Part shown: positions 1-9,314 of the stretch, piece after piece | How positions within the stretch are numbered: the first letter of the stretch is position 1 | Layout of the letters: each line of letters opens with the position of its first letter | Origin: Alphaproteobacteria bacterium | GTDB lineage: Bacteria > Pseudomonadota > Alphaproteobacteria > MPNO01 | DNA length: 64,000 nucleotides | Assembly (NCBI GenBank): GCA_965248835.1 | Contig: CBDFLJ010000002.1 | Span: 1,024,001 to 1,088,000, forward strand | Reading direction: 5' to 3' | Notes under the pieces: generated by a model | Databases searched by the model: none | The model's input: the letters and a program-made list of their open reading frames with translations, nothing else | Told to the model about the DNA's origin: nothing | Made by a program: the position numbers and the translations under genes

Positions 1-396
1 CGGGGTGACGAAGCCGGCGGCCAGCATGATCGGCACCACCCACCAGGTGAGCACGGCGCCGCCGGTCAGCGCCCAGTCCACCGCGTTCATCATGGCTTCC
101 ATGGAAACCATCGAGATGAAGGACATCCCGATCGCCGTCCGGAACGCAGTGCCGAGATCCATCTGCCGGACCAGGATGAACGTCTCGAGCGCGATCGAGG
201 TCAGCAGACCGTTGACGATCGCGAGGATCATGATCGCCGTCGTCGGCCATGGGATGCCGGTGAACTGGAAGAAGACGATGGTCGCGAAATCGCCGATGGC
301 GCAGCCCAGCAGGCACCAGGCCGTGTTCTTCGCTGCCCGGCGCCATGTTTGGCGGCACCGCCAGTCGATGGCAATGTTTCCGGCTAGGGCTACCAC
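1..396 (-). CDS. DUF4396-like membrane protein (3' end runs off window)
   Basis: Manual minus-strand translation from GTG 396: ...IDWRCRQTWRRAAKNTAWCLLGCAIGDFATIVFFQ...TAIGMSFISMVSMEAMMNAVDW; the CLxGCxIG motif and hydrophobic helices fit DUF4396. Not in the ORF track because it has no stop in the window. Confidence 0.7.
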   Translation of the reverse strand, partial: MVALAGNIAIDWRCRQTWRRAAKNTAWCLLGCAIGDFATIVFFQFTGIPWPTTAIMILAIVNGLLTSIALETFILVRQMDLGTAFRTAIGMSFISMVSMEAMMNAVDWALTGGAVLTWWVVPIMLAAGFVTP

Positions 397-426
397 TTTG
401 ACACCTCTTCGTTCGTCGCTGCTTGC

Positions 427-457
427 AACCTAATCTTTCCGGTAACCAGAGAGTCAA
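427..457 (-). promoter_or_regulatory. MerR-family (CueR-like) promoter/operator
   Basis: Minus strand TTGACT-19 bp-TAGGTT; the spacer carries the imperfect dyad ACTCTCT-GGTTACC-GGAAAGA, resembling the CueR box ACCTTCC-N7-GGAAGGT. Confidence 0.6.
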
Positions 458-568
458 CGGGGCGACAATGAATATTTCCACCGCGTCGGAAACCGCCTGC
501 CGGTTCGTACTGTCCTTCCGCGTGGTCATGCATCCCTCCCAATCAAAATGCATGCCACGAAGATCCAG

Positions 569-1013
569 TTACACAGCGAATCGGACACCCCCTTCGGTCT
601 TGAAGCGCCCCATCTGACTGGTCGATGCAGCAGCCTTGGCCACGGCGCGACCGCCGACGATCCAGCGCATCGCCGGATCACGACCCAGGCGGTCGGCGTC
701 GTTCACCTCCTCGTAGCCGCCAAGGCGGCCGAAGACGGACTGCCGGAACAAGCCCTTCATCGCCCACCGTTAGGGTCAGGCCGGGGACATCATCGGGTTC
801 GCGATAGGCCGGCAATCCGGTGTCGGACGTGACTTTGGAACCGTGGAACTCCAGCTTCAGGCGGCGGTCGAAATCCAGCCTCGGAACTCCATCTTTCGCT
901 TCACCCATCGGGTGAGCCATGTCAACACCCCAAATCCGCCTATAACGCTTTGATTCTTATCCAAAATCATGTTCATGTGTCACTAAGCCATAGGCTTATC
1001 TGGGAAATGCGGT
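569..1013 (-). pseudogene. IS1380-family remnant (left end plus frameshifted 5' transposase)
   Basis: Fragments [17 protein letters not shown] and [32 protein letters not shown] match the intact transposase at 51048; the end sequence ACCGCATTTCCCA near 1013 matches the left end at 50954. Confidence 0.85.
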
Positions 1014-1014
1014 C

Positions 1015-2706
1015 TCAAAGGTAGTAGATCAGCAGGAAAGCCCCCAGGAGCACCGCCACCCACAGCGTCGTCGAGCCGAGCGGCCAGGTCCGCGCCAGGG
1101 TGCCCTCGGGTTCGTGGTGGCGTATCACCGAGTCCAGGACCCTGCGCATCCCACCCTGCAGCATGTTTAGAAAGAAGACCCACACACCCCACACCAGATG
1201 CCATGTCCGGTCGATCAGCAGGGGCAGGAAGCGGCGATAGATCCAGTCGGAATCGAGGTTGGTCGAGCGTAATTCCGGCGGGTAGATGCGGTAGCGGATC
1301 AGCACCGAGAAGGCGAGCGCGGAAAACATCAGGAGCTGGAGCTGGCCGATCACGTGGGTCGGCGTGTAGGGCTCGTAAGAGACCGGGTGCGGCAGGATCG
1401 AATAGAGCATCGGCGAATAGACGCCCAGCGCGATGCAAAGGAACGCGGTGATGCCCATGGCCACCAGCATGTTCAGGGGCGCCTCCTGGCAGCGCTTGCC
1501 CGAATCGTGGGCGAAGAAGGCGAAATAGGGGATCTTGATGCCGGAATGGTGGAAGACGCCGGCCGAGGCGAACATCAGGATCAGCCAGACAGCCATATAG
1601 CCGTCATGGGCGACCGCGGACAACGTCAGCGACTTGGCGACGAATCCCGAGAACAGGGGAAAAGCCGAGATCGAGGCCGCGCCGATGATGCAGAAGACGC
1701 AGGTCAGGGGCATCGATTTGTAGAGGCCGCCGAGCTCCGAGCCCTTTATCGTACCCACTCTGTGAAGAACCGCCCCCATCGACATGAACAACAGGGCTTT
1801 ATAGAGGATATGAGCGAAAGCGTGCCCGGCCGCGCCGTTGATCGCGAGCGGCGTGCCGATGCCGACGCCGACGACCATGAACCCGAGCTGGTTGTTGAGG
1901 CTGTAGGCCAGCACCCGCCTGAGGTCGTTCTCGATCACCGCATAGAAGATCGGAAACGCCGTCATCGCCGCACCGAGATAGATCAGGAGCTCAGTCCCCG
2001 GGAAGCCGCGGGCCAGCGCGTATACGGCGGCCTTGGTGGTGAACGCGCTGAGGAAGACGGTCCCGGTCACCGTCGCCTCCGGATAGGCGTCCTGCAGCCA
2101 GTTGTGGAGGAAAGGAAAGGCGCACTTGATGCCGAAGGCAAGGAAGATCAGCCAAGCTGCCGGAGAGTCGAGACTCATCTTCTCGAAGGCGATCGAGCCG
2201 GTCGCCTGGACCTGGAGGATTGCGCCCGACAGCAGCAGCACGCCCGAGCCGATCTGGATGATCAGATAGCGCATGCCCGCGCGGTACGCCCGATCACCGC
2301 CGCGGGCCCAGATCAGGAACACCGAGGTGATCGCCATCGCCTCCCAATAGACGAACAGCGTCACCAGGTCGCCGGCGAACACCGCGCCGATGCCGCTGCC
2401 GGCATACATCATCCCGGCCACCTGCTGGACGGCATCGCGCAGGTGCAGGGCGTAGACCGCGCCGAGTATCGCAGCGATATGGAAAATGTAGCCGAAGATC
2501 AGGCTCAGCCTGTCGGCGCGCACCGGGACGATCTCCGCCCCGAAGAAGGTGAACGCCAGATGGGTGCCCGGCTCCAGCGCGATCACCCCCCACAACCCGA
2601 TGACCGGCAGCACGACCGTCCAGGCCAGCCGCGCAGCGCCCGGAATGAACGGTATCAGGACCGCGCCCGCGATCAGCAACAGCCCGGGGGGGAGGCTAGC
2701 GATCAT
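1015..2706 (-). CDS. Mrp-type Na+/H+ antiporter MrpD/MrpA-like subunit (third copy)
   Basis: 563-aa polytopic Proton_antipo_M protein (FVYWE, FPFLHNWLQDAYPEA, LAYSLNNQLG). Confidence 0.85.
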   Translation of the reverse strand: MIASLPPGLLLIAGAVLIPFIPGAARLAWTVVLPVIGLWGVIALEPGTHLAFTFFGAEIVPVRADRLSLIFGYIFHIAAILGAVYALHLRDAVQQVAGMMYAGSGIGAVFAGDLVTLFVYWEAMAITSVFLIWARGGDRAYRAGMRYLIIQIGSGVLLLSGAILQVQATGSIAFEKMSLDSPAAWLIFLAFGIKCAFPFLHNWLQDAYPEATVTGTVFLSAFTTKAAVYALARGFPGTELLIYLGAAMTAFPIFYAVIENDLRRVLAYSLNNQLGFMVVGVGIGTPLAINGAAGHAFAHILYKALLFMSMGAVLHRVGTIKGSELGGLYKSMPLTCVFCIIGAASISAFPLFSGFVAKSLTLSAVAHDGYMAVWLILMFASAGVFHHSGIKIPYFAFFAHDSGKRCQEAPLNMLVAMGITAFLCIALGVYSPMLYSILPHPVSYEPYTPTHVIGQLQLLMFSALAFSVLIRYRIYPPELRSTNLDSDWIYRRFLPLLIDRTWHLVWGVWVFFLNMLQGGMRRVLDSVIRHHEPEGTLARTWPLGSTTLWVAVLLGAFLLIYYL

Positions 2707-2965
2707 AATAGTCTTCGCCCCGCATCACGAGCTTGCGGATCTCCTTGGCCGCCAGCACAAGGAAGACGCAGCACACGAAGCCATAGATGCCGTAGAAGCC
2801 GAAATAATGCTCGATCTCGGACTCCACGTGCTTTTCGTAGAAGAAATCGAGCAGCAGCAGCACGGCGCAGACGCCGACCACCGACCAGTAGACCTTGGTC
2901 ACGCTGCCGGGCCTGTCGAGCCAGTAACGCTTGTCGTCTTCCGGCGGTCGGTTCTCGGTGCTCAT
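2696..2965 (-). CDS. small two-TM membrane protein within the Mrp operon
   Basis: ATG 2965 (MSTENRPP...); overlaps the downstream gene; two hydrophobic segments. Confidence 0.7.
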   Translation of the reverse strand: MSTENRPPEDDKRYWLDRPGSVTKVYWSVVGVCAVLLLLDFFYEKHVESEIEHYFGFYGIYGFVCCVFLVLAAKEIRKLVMRGEDYYDR

Positions 2966-2978
2966 CGCGCGGCTGACC

Positions 2979-4505
2979 TCAGCGTTGTGCGATCGGGGCG
3001 AGGAAGGCCGCGATGTCGTCCGCGGCAATGAACAGGATCAGGCAGCCGAGCGCCGTCAGGCACAGCGGCACGACGCAGAACATCGGCGCCTCGCCGTGGT
3101 CCCGGTCGTGGTGGCGTTGGTGGTGATCGTCGGGCGGGGCGGGCGCCGCGCCGACCGCCTGGGGCTGCGCTGCGCCGGCCTGCCGATCGCTGGGGACGAA
3201 GGCGCGCGCGGCGACGGGGATCAGGTAGGCGACGTTGAGCAGCGAGCTCACCATCAAGACGGCGATGAAGATCAGCTCCCCCGCATCCGCCGCGCCGACG
3301 CCCAGGAACCACTTGCTCCAGGCGCCGCCCATCGGCGGCAGCCCGGTGACGCTGAGCGCGCCGACGGCGAAGGCGGCAAAGGTCAGCGGCATCCGCCGTC
3401 CGAGCCCGCCCATGTCGCTGATCTCGGTCTTGTGCGAGGCGACCAGGATGGCACCGGCACAGAAGAACAGCGTGATCTTGCCGAAGGCGTGCATGGCGAT
3501 ATGCATCGCCCCGCCGATCACGCTCCAGGTGGTCGCCAGCGCTGCGCCGAGGACGACGTAGCTGAGCTGGCTTATCGTCGAATAGGCGAGCCGGGCCTTG
3601 AGGTTGTCCTTGGTGAGCGCGACCACCGAGGCGACGATGATCGTCGTGCCGGCGACGTACATCAGCCAGGTGCTCGCCCCGGTCTCGCGCAAATAGTCGA
3701 TGCCGAAGATGTAGATCGCGACCTTGAGGACGGTGAACACCCCCGCCTTGACGACGGCCACGGCATGGAGCAGCGCGCTGACCGGGGTGGGGGCGACCAT
3801 GGCCGCAGGCAGCCAACGGTGGATCGGCAGCAGCGCCGCCTTGCCGATGCCGTACATGTACAGGAACAGCAGAACGACCAGCGGGAAGCCCTCGACCTTG
3901 CCGGCCAGGATGCCGCCCGGCGTGAATTCGAGCGTCCCCGCGGCGACCCAGGTCCACAGGATGCCGACGAGCTGCAGCCCGATCGAGGTCGCGAGCAGGA
4001 TGCCGAGATAGGTTCGCCCGGCCCGCATCGACTCCGGCGACCGGTGATGGGTGACCAGAGGATAGGTCGACAGCGTCAGCACCTCGTAGGCGATGAACAG
4101 GGTCATCATGTTGCCGGCCATCGCGACCCCGAGCGCGGCCGAGATCGCGACCGCGAAGCAGACGTAGAATCGGGTCTGGTTCTCCTCGTGATGGCCGCGC
4201 ATGTAACCGATGGAATAGAACGAGGTGATGATCCACAGGAACGAGGCCACCAGCGCGAACAGCATGCCCAGCGGCTCGACCTCGAAGCGCAGCTTCAGCC
4301 CCGGCACGAGATCGAACAGCACGAGGCTCGGCCTGCCGCCGGCGTCGACCTCGGGAAAGATTGCAAGGACGGCGAGGAACGTCACTGCCGCCGCCACGAT
4401 GGTCGCCGTCTCGCGCATGTTGGGCCAGCGGTCGAGCAGCCGAATCGCCACCGCGCCCGCCAGGGGCGCCAACAGGGCCGTGGCGATTGCCGTCGCAGGG
4501 CTCAC
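2979..4505 (-). CDS. Mrp-type antiporter MrpD-like subunit (second copy)
   Basis: GTG 4505 overlaps the upstream stop; FIAYE, HRWLPAAMVAPTPVSALLHAV and LAYSTISQL motifs. Confidence 0.85.
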   Translation of the reverse strand: MSPATAIATALLAPLAGAVAIRLLDRWPNMRETATIVAAAVTFLAVLAIFPEVDAGGRPSLVLFDLVPGLKLRFEVEPLGMLFALVASFLWIITSFYSIGYMRGHHEENQTRFYVCFAVAISAALGVAMAGNMMTLFIAYEVLTLSTYPLVTHHRSPESMRAGRTYLGILLATSIGLQLVGILWTWVAAGTLEFTPGGILAGKVEGFPLVVLLFLYMYGIGKAALLPIHRWLPAAMVAPTPVSALLHAVAVVKAGVFTVLKVAIYIFGIDYLRETGASTWLMYVAGTTIIVASVVALTKDNLKARLAYSTISQLSYVVLGAALATTWSVIGGAMHIAMHAFGKITLFFCAGAILVASHKTEISDMGGLGRRMPLTFAAFAVGALSVTGLPPMGGAWSKWFLGVGAADAGELIFIAVLMVSSLLNVAYLIPVAARAFVPSDRQAGAAQPQAVGAAPAPPDDHHQRHHDRDHGEAPMFCVVPLCLTALGCLILFIAADDIAAFLAPIAQR

Positions 4506-5986
4506 GGTCCACCGCCCATCAGAGCGCGCGCGGCGTGTCCGGCGACACCGACGCTGAGCGAGGTCTCGATCCCGAAATAGATGTTCAGCACGACCAGGGT
4601 CCAGGTCGGGATCAGCAGCGAGGCCGGCGCCTCGTCCCTGGCCAGCCCGGCGGCGTCTGCCGGCGGCTCGCGGAAATAGGCGTACTCGACCACCCGCCAG
4701 ACATAAATGACCGCGAGCAGCGAGCTTGCCACGATCAGAACAGCGAGGATCCACAAACCGCCTTTCAGGGCCGCCAGGATCAGGTACCACTTGGAGATGA
4801 AGCCCGCGGTCAGCGGAATGCCGATCAGGCTCAGGCCGCCGATCACGAAGGCGGCCATGGTCCAGGGCATGCGCCGGCCCAGCCCCGCGAAGTCGCCGAT
4901 CCGGAACGAAGACTGGCGGTAGGCGATGCAGCCGATGACCAGGAACAGCGCCCCCTTCATCAGCGCGTGGTTGAACAGGTGCAGGATCGAGGCCGTCAGC
5001 CCGTCGATCGAGACCAGGCTGATGCCGAGCACCATGTAGCCGATCTGGGCGACTGAGGAGTAGGCGAGCATGCGTTTGACGCTGTCCTGGAAGATCGCGA
5101 TGGTCGAGGCGACGAACATCGCCAGGATCGCCAGCACCATCAGCGGCTCGGCCGTGGGCAGGATCTCGAAGGAGAACTTGACGCCGAAAACGGTGAACAG
5201 GAACCGGATCAGGACGTAGACGGCAACCTTTGTCGCGGTCGCGGCCAGGAAGGCGCTGACCGAGGACGGCGCGTAGGTGTAGGCCTTGGGCAGCCAGAAA
5301 TGGAGCGGGAACAGCGCGAGCTTGATCGCCGTCCCGATCAGCAGGAACGCGAAAGCCGCGATCACCGTGCGGTTGTAGCCCGTCGCCGGCAGCCGCTCGG
5401 CGATGTCGTTCATGTTGAGCGTGCCGGTCGCGCCGTAGATCAGCCCGATACCGATGACGATGAACGTGGCGCCGATGGTTCCGACCACAAGGTATTGATA
5501 GGCCGCGGTCAGTGCCCGGCGATGGGGGCCGAGGCTGATCAGGATGTAGGACGACAGCGAAGAAATCTCGAGGAATACAAAGAGGTTGAACGCGTCGCCG
5601 GTGATCGCGACGCCCAGAAGCCCGGTCAGGCACAGCAGGAACGCGCAGTAGAACAGATAGGCCCGCTCGTGGACCATCTCGATCAGCAGGCTGGAACGGG
5701 TGAACGGCAGCACCACCGCGCCGATCCCGCTGACGATCAGCAGGACGAACGCGTTGAGCGAATCGACCCGGTACTCGATCCCCCAGGGCGCGGCCCAGCC
5801 GCCGAGCTCGTAGCTGATCGGCCCCGACGTCAGCACCTGGTCGAGCAGCAGGCAGGAGACCAGGAATGCCGCCCAGGCGGTGGTCAGCGCCACCGCGAAG
5901 GCCAGGTCCCGGCCGCGGACCAGGATGCAGGCCGGCGCCGCGATCAGCGTGATGATGACCTGGAGCGCGGGCAGATGGGCGATCAT
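4502..5986 (-). CDS. mrpD: Mrp antiporter subunit D
   Basis: DAFNLFVFLEI, KLALFPLHFWLP and KRMLAYSSVAQIG motifs. Confidence 0.88.
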   Translation of the reverse strand: MIAHLPALQVIITLIAAPACILVRGRDLAFAVALTTAWAAFLVSCLLLDQVLTSGPISYELGGWAAPWGIEYRVDSLNAFVLLIVSGIGAVVLPFTRSSLLIEMVHERAYLFYCAFLLCLTGLLGVAITGDAFNLFVFLEISSLSSYILISLGPHRRALTAAYQYLVVGTIGATFIVIGIGLIYGATGTLNMNDIAERLPATGYNRTVIAAFAFLLIGTAIKLALFPLHFWLPKAYTYAPSSVSAFLAATATKVAVYVLIRFLFTVFGVKFSFEILPTAEPLMVLAILAMFVASTIAIFQDSVKRMLAYSSVAQIGYMVLGISLVSIDGLTASILHLFNHALMKGALFLVIGCIAYRQSSFRIGDFAGLGRRMPWTMAAFVIGGLSLIGIPLTAGFISKWYLILAALKGGLWILAVLIVASSLLAVIYVWRVVEYAYFREPPADAAGLARDEAPASLLIPTWTLVVLNIYFGIETSLSVGVAGHAARALMGGGP

Positions 5987-6339
5987 ATCACCGGCCCGTC
6001 CTGGTCCTCGATCTCGTCCTCCTCGATGGTGCCGTAGGCTTCGCGGATCCGCACCACCAGCGCCAGGCCGAGCGCGGTGGTGGCGATGCCGACGACGATC
6101 GCGGTCAGGATCAGGACGTGGGGCAGGGGGTTGGAGTAGACCTCGATCCCCTCGCCGATGATCGGCGCGGTGCCCTCGCGCACCTTGCCCATCGAGATGT
6201 ACAGAACGAACACCGCGGCCTGGAAGATCGAAAGCCCGACCAGTTTCTTGATCAAATTGCCGTGCTCGACCACGATGTAGAGCCCGGCCATCATCAGGAA
6301 GATGACGATCCAGTAGTTGTAGAGGCCGAGCACGCCCAT
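5983..6339 (-). CDS. mrpC: Mrp antiporter subunit C
   Basis: NLIKKLVGL...NPLPHVLILTAIVVG signature. Confidence 0.9.
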   Translation of the reverse strand: MGVLGLYNYWIVIFLMMAGLYIVVEHGNLIKKLVGLSIFQAAVFVLYISMGKVREGTAPIIGEGIEVYSNPLPHVLILTAIVVGIATTALGLALVVRIREAYGTIEEDEIEDQDGPVI

Positions 6340-6343
6340 GGTC

Positions 6344-6760
6344 TCAGCGGCCCCGCCCGGCGAAGTAGTAGAAGATCGAGATCATCACCGAGGCGACGGT
6401 CAGCCCGACGCCGAACTCGATCACCAGGATTCCGAGATGCTGGCCGTGGACCGGATCGTGGGCGAGCACGTTGTAGTCGAGATAGTTGCCGCCGTTGATC
6501 AGGCTGACCACGCCGGTCACCGCGTAGATCAGCAGCCCCGCCGCGAAGCCCATCCGCAGCGTGTCCGAGGACACCACCGATCGCAGGACCTCGAGCCCGA
6601 AGATCAGGCCGTAGAGGACGAACCCGGCACCGAAGATGACGCCGGCCTGGAAACCGCCGCCCGGGCCGTAGTCGCCGTGGAACTGGACGTAGAGCGCAAA
6701 CAGCAGGATGAACGGCAGCAGCAGCTTGGCCACCACGCGCAGGACCAGGAAATCGCTCAC
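6344..6760 (-). CDS. mrpB: Mrp antiporter subunit B
   Basis: HGDYGPGGGFQAG motif. Confidence 0.9.
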   Translation of the reverse strand: MSDFLVLRVVAKLLLPFILLFALYVQFHGDYGPGGGFQAGVIFGAGFVLYGLIFGLEVLRSVVSSDTLRMGFAAGLLIYAVTGVVSLINGGNYLDYNVLAHDPVHGQHLGILVIEFGVGLTVASVMISIFYYFAGRGR

Positions 6761-7293
6761 GCCTGGTCCTCTTTGCGCCGTTCCCGCCGGCGGCCGAGCA
6801 GCAGGACCACGCCGATGCCCGCGGTGAAGATCACCGTGACCTCACCCAGGGTGTCGTAGCCGCGATAGCTTGCCAGCACCGCGGTGACGACGTTGGGCAC
6901 GCCCGTCTTGACCGGCCCTTCCTCGAGATAGGTCGGCGCGACGTGCCGGTTGGCCGGTGCGTCCGGATCGCCGTAGCGCGGCATGTCGAGCGTGCCGTAG
7001 ATCAGGACCGCGCCGGTCACCGCGACCACCGCGACCGAGATCCAGGCCTTGTGGACCGGCGTCTTCTCCCGGCGGGTGGTCAGCGCCAGGGTGCCGAGGA
7101 ACAGCACCGTGGAGATTCCCGCACCCACGGCGGCCTCGGTGAACGCGACATCGACGGCATCGAGGACGACGAAGATCGCCGCGGCCAGCAGGCTGTAGAT
7201 CCCCGCCAACATCACGACGGCGAACAGGTCGCGGATGCGCACGATGCCGATCACCGTCACCGCCATGAAGAACAGGATCACGAAGTTGGTCAA
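6757..7293 (-). CDS. DUF4040/MrpB-like subunit (equivalent to the split MrpA C-terminal part)
   Basis: DAVDVAFTEAAVGAG and PNVVTAVLASYRGYDTLGE motifs. Confidence 0.85.
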   Translation of the reverse strand: MTNFVILFFMAVTVIGIVRIRDLFAVVMLAGIYSLLAAAIFVVLDAVDVAFTEAAVGAGISTVLFLGTLALTTRREKTPVHKAWISVAVVAVTGAVLIYGTLDMPRYGDPDAPANRHVAPTYLEEGPVKTGVPNVVTAVLASYRGYDTLGEVTVIFTAGIGVVLLLGRRRERRKEDQA

Positions 7294-7661
7294 CTCGCCG
7301 ATGGATCCTGCTCCCGCGGGTTGGTATGGCCATCCGGCGGCCGGTCCCTGAGGTCATGGTCGAGAACCGGCGCCTCGCCGGTGACATAGGCGGTGTGGAT
7401 CAGCGAGAACGTCGAGGTCGGGCTGGTGAAGAAGATGAAGATCAGAATCAGCCCCAGCTTCAGCGTGATCAGGCTCGGCTCGACCTGAAGCATCAGCCCG
7501 ATCAGGATCAGCCCGGCGCCGCCGGTATCGGTCACCCCGGCGGCATGGCTGCGGGTGAAGACGTCCGGGAAGCGGACGATCCCGATGCCTCCGATCACGA
7601 CCAGGGCGCCGCCCGCCGCCAGCAGGACCCAACTCAGAATGTCCAGCGCGGCGCCCAGCAT
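7290..7661 (-). CDS. mrpG: Mrp antiporter subunit G
   Basis: GIVRFPDVFTRSHAAG...FFTSPTS motif. Confidence 0.9.
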   Translation of the reverse strand: MLGAALDILSWVLLAAGGALVVIGGIGIVRFPDVFTRSHAAGVTDTGGAGLILIGLMLQVEPSLITLKLGLILIFIFFTSPTSTFSLIHTAYVTGEAPVLDHDLRDRPPDGHTNPREQDPSAS

Positions 7662-7963
7662 CAGCGTCCCTCGCCGTCATGGGCATGGCCGCCGCTGATC
7701 GGCCCGGTGCCGCCGAGGTCGCCGTATTTGAAGAACTTCAGGACGGCGATGGTGGCGATGAAGTTGATCAGGGCATAAGCCAGCGCGATGTCGAGGAACT
7801 CGGGCCGGCCGAACAGGAAGCCGATCGCCGCGATGAACAGGACGGTCTTGGTGCCGAACGTGTTGACCGCCAGGATCCGGTCGTAGAGCGTCGGGCCGAT
7901 CAGCGCGCGGGCGAGCGCCAGCGCCATGGCCACCATCAGGGCCAGGGTTGCGGCGGTGAACAT
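7661..7963 (-). CDS. mrpF: Mrp antiporter subunit F
   Basis: ATG 7963; GPTLYDRILAVN...DIALAYALINF motif. Confidence 0.9.
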   Translation of the reverse strand: MFTAATLALMVAMALALARALIGPTLYDRILAVNTFGTKTVLFIAAIGFLFGRPEFLDIALAYALINFIATIAVLKFFKYGDLGGTGPISGGHAHDGEGR

Positions 7964-8445
7964 CAGCCCCCGGCTCCGCCGGTCATCCGCGTCACCCGGC
8001 GGTCCATCTCGCCCGCGGCCAGCCCGTCGGCGGCATCGCGCGACAGGGCGTGGACCAGGATCTGTCCTTCTTCGACCTCGACCGAGACCGTGCCGGGCGT
8101 CAGCGTGATCGAGTTGGCGAAGACCACCCGGCCGAGATCGCTTGCCTGGGTCGAACGGACCCGCACCATGGTCGGGCTGATCTGCGGCCCGCCCGGCATG
8201 ATGCGCCGGGCGACGTCCCAATTCGCCTTGGCGATCTCGCCGACCAGCCACGGCATGTACCAGGCCGCCCGCCAAGTCAGATGGACCGGGTGGCCCTCAT
8301 GGTCGATGACGTCCATCCGGTGGGTGATGAACACCACGACCGCGCACGAGGCGAGTCCCAGGCCGATCAGCAGCGGGTCGTAATGGCCGGACAGCATCAG
8401 CCAGGTCGCGAATAGCACCCCGCCCAAAGAAAGTGCGTGAAACAC
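7963..8445 (-). CDS. mrpE: Mrp antiporter subunit E
   Basis: ANSITLTPGT motif; start is GTG 8445 or 8481 (uncertain). Confidence 0.88.
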   Translation of the reverse strand: MFHALSLGGVLFATWLMLSGHYDPLLIGLGLASCAVVVFITHRMDVIDHEGHPVHLTWRAAWYMPWLVGEIAKANWDVARRIMPGGPQISPTMVRVRSTQASDLGRVVFANSITLTPGTVSVEVEEGQILVHALSRDAADGLAAGEMDRRVTRMTGGAGG

Positions 8446-8705
8446 GGCCCCCTGCGAACACGCTTCGTTTGCCGGGATCACCCGAGGGGTGCACCGGCGC
8501 GCGGAACCCTAGTCACCCGAGGACCGATTTTCCAGACAAAACTTGACCGGTACGTGGTTCTACCTTGGCAGACAATCCCGCCGGACCGGCGGTCTGCAGG
8601 CGCGGTGTGACCGCGGTCCGGCCAATTCGCGGTTACGAAAGTGGTGGCACCGCTTCGAGAAATGGTGCTAGAATCGACAAAACAGTTGGGGGGGAGTGTC
8701 GCGTC

Positions 8706-9293
8706 GTGTCCGATTCCCACGGCGCAGGCGAGTCCGTCGAGTCCACCCGTCTGCGCGGCAGGGTAAAGTGGTTCAACGTCGTCAAGGGTTACGGTTTCGT
8801 CACCCCTGAGCACACCCACGGCGATGTTTTCCTTCATATGACGGTGCTGCGCCAAGCGGGGTATGAGAAACTGCCTCCCGGCTGCACGGTGGACTGCTTT
8901 GCCGTCCAGGCGGCCAAAGGCCTCCAGGTTCTCGAAATCCTCGAAGTCGATCTGTCGACGGCGGTCGAAGAGGACGAGTTCGATCCCGGCGGACCGGCGG
9001 CCCCGACGGACCCGACGGCCCCGACGTCCGACGTCCAAGCGCCCGACGTCCAAGCGCCCGACGGCGGCGGGTTCGAGGTCGCGACGGTGAAATGGTTCAA
9101 CCCCCATAAGGGGTACGGCTTCGTCTGCCCCGACGTGAACGAGGCCGACGTCTTCGTCCACATGGTCACCCTGCGGCGCGCCGGGCTCGCCAGCCTGGTG
9201 ACCGGGCAGAAGGTGATGGTCAAGACGGCGCAAGGGCCCAAGGGCCTGCAGGCGGTGGACATTCGAGCCACCGCCGATGATCCCGCCCTGTAG
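8706..9293 (+). CDS. cold-shock protein with two CSD domains
   Basis: Two copies of VKWFN..KGYGF...DVF(L/V)H; GTG 8706 follows GGGGAG. Confidence 0.88.
   Translation: MSDSHGAGESVESTRLRGRVKWFNVVKGYGFVTPEHTHGDVFLHMTVLRQAGYEKLPPGCTVDCFAVQAAKGLQVLEILEVDLSTAVEEDEFDPGGPAAPTDPTAPTSDVQAPDVQAPDGGGFEVATVKWFNPHKGYGFVCPDVNEADVFVHMVTLRRAGLASLVTGQKVMVKTAQGPKGLQAVDIRATADDPAL
9028..9062 (+). repeat. 15-bp tandem repeat in the CSD linker (DVQAP x2)
   Basis: CCGACGTCCAAGCGC twice, followed by CCGAC. Confidence 0.8.
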
Positions 9294-9314
9294 CCGTCGG
9301 CCCGGCGCTCGGCC

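Noticed and set aside
1015-5986. NADH dehydrogenase nuoL/M/N
   Set aside because: Accompanied by mrpB/C/E/F/G, with no other nuo genes.
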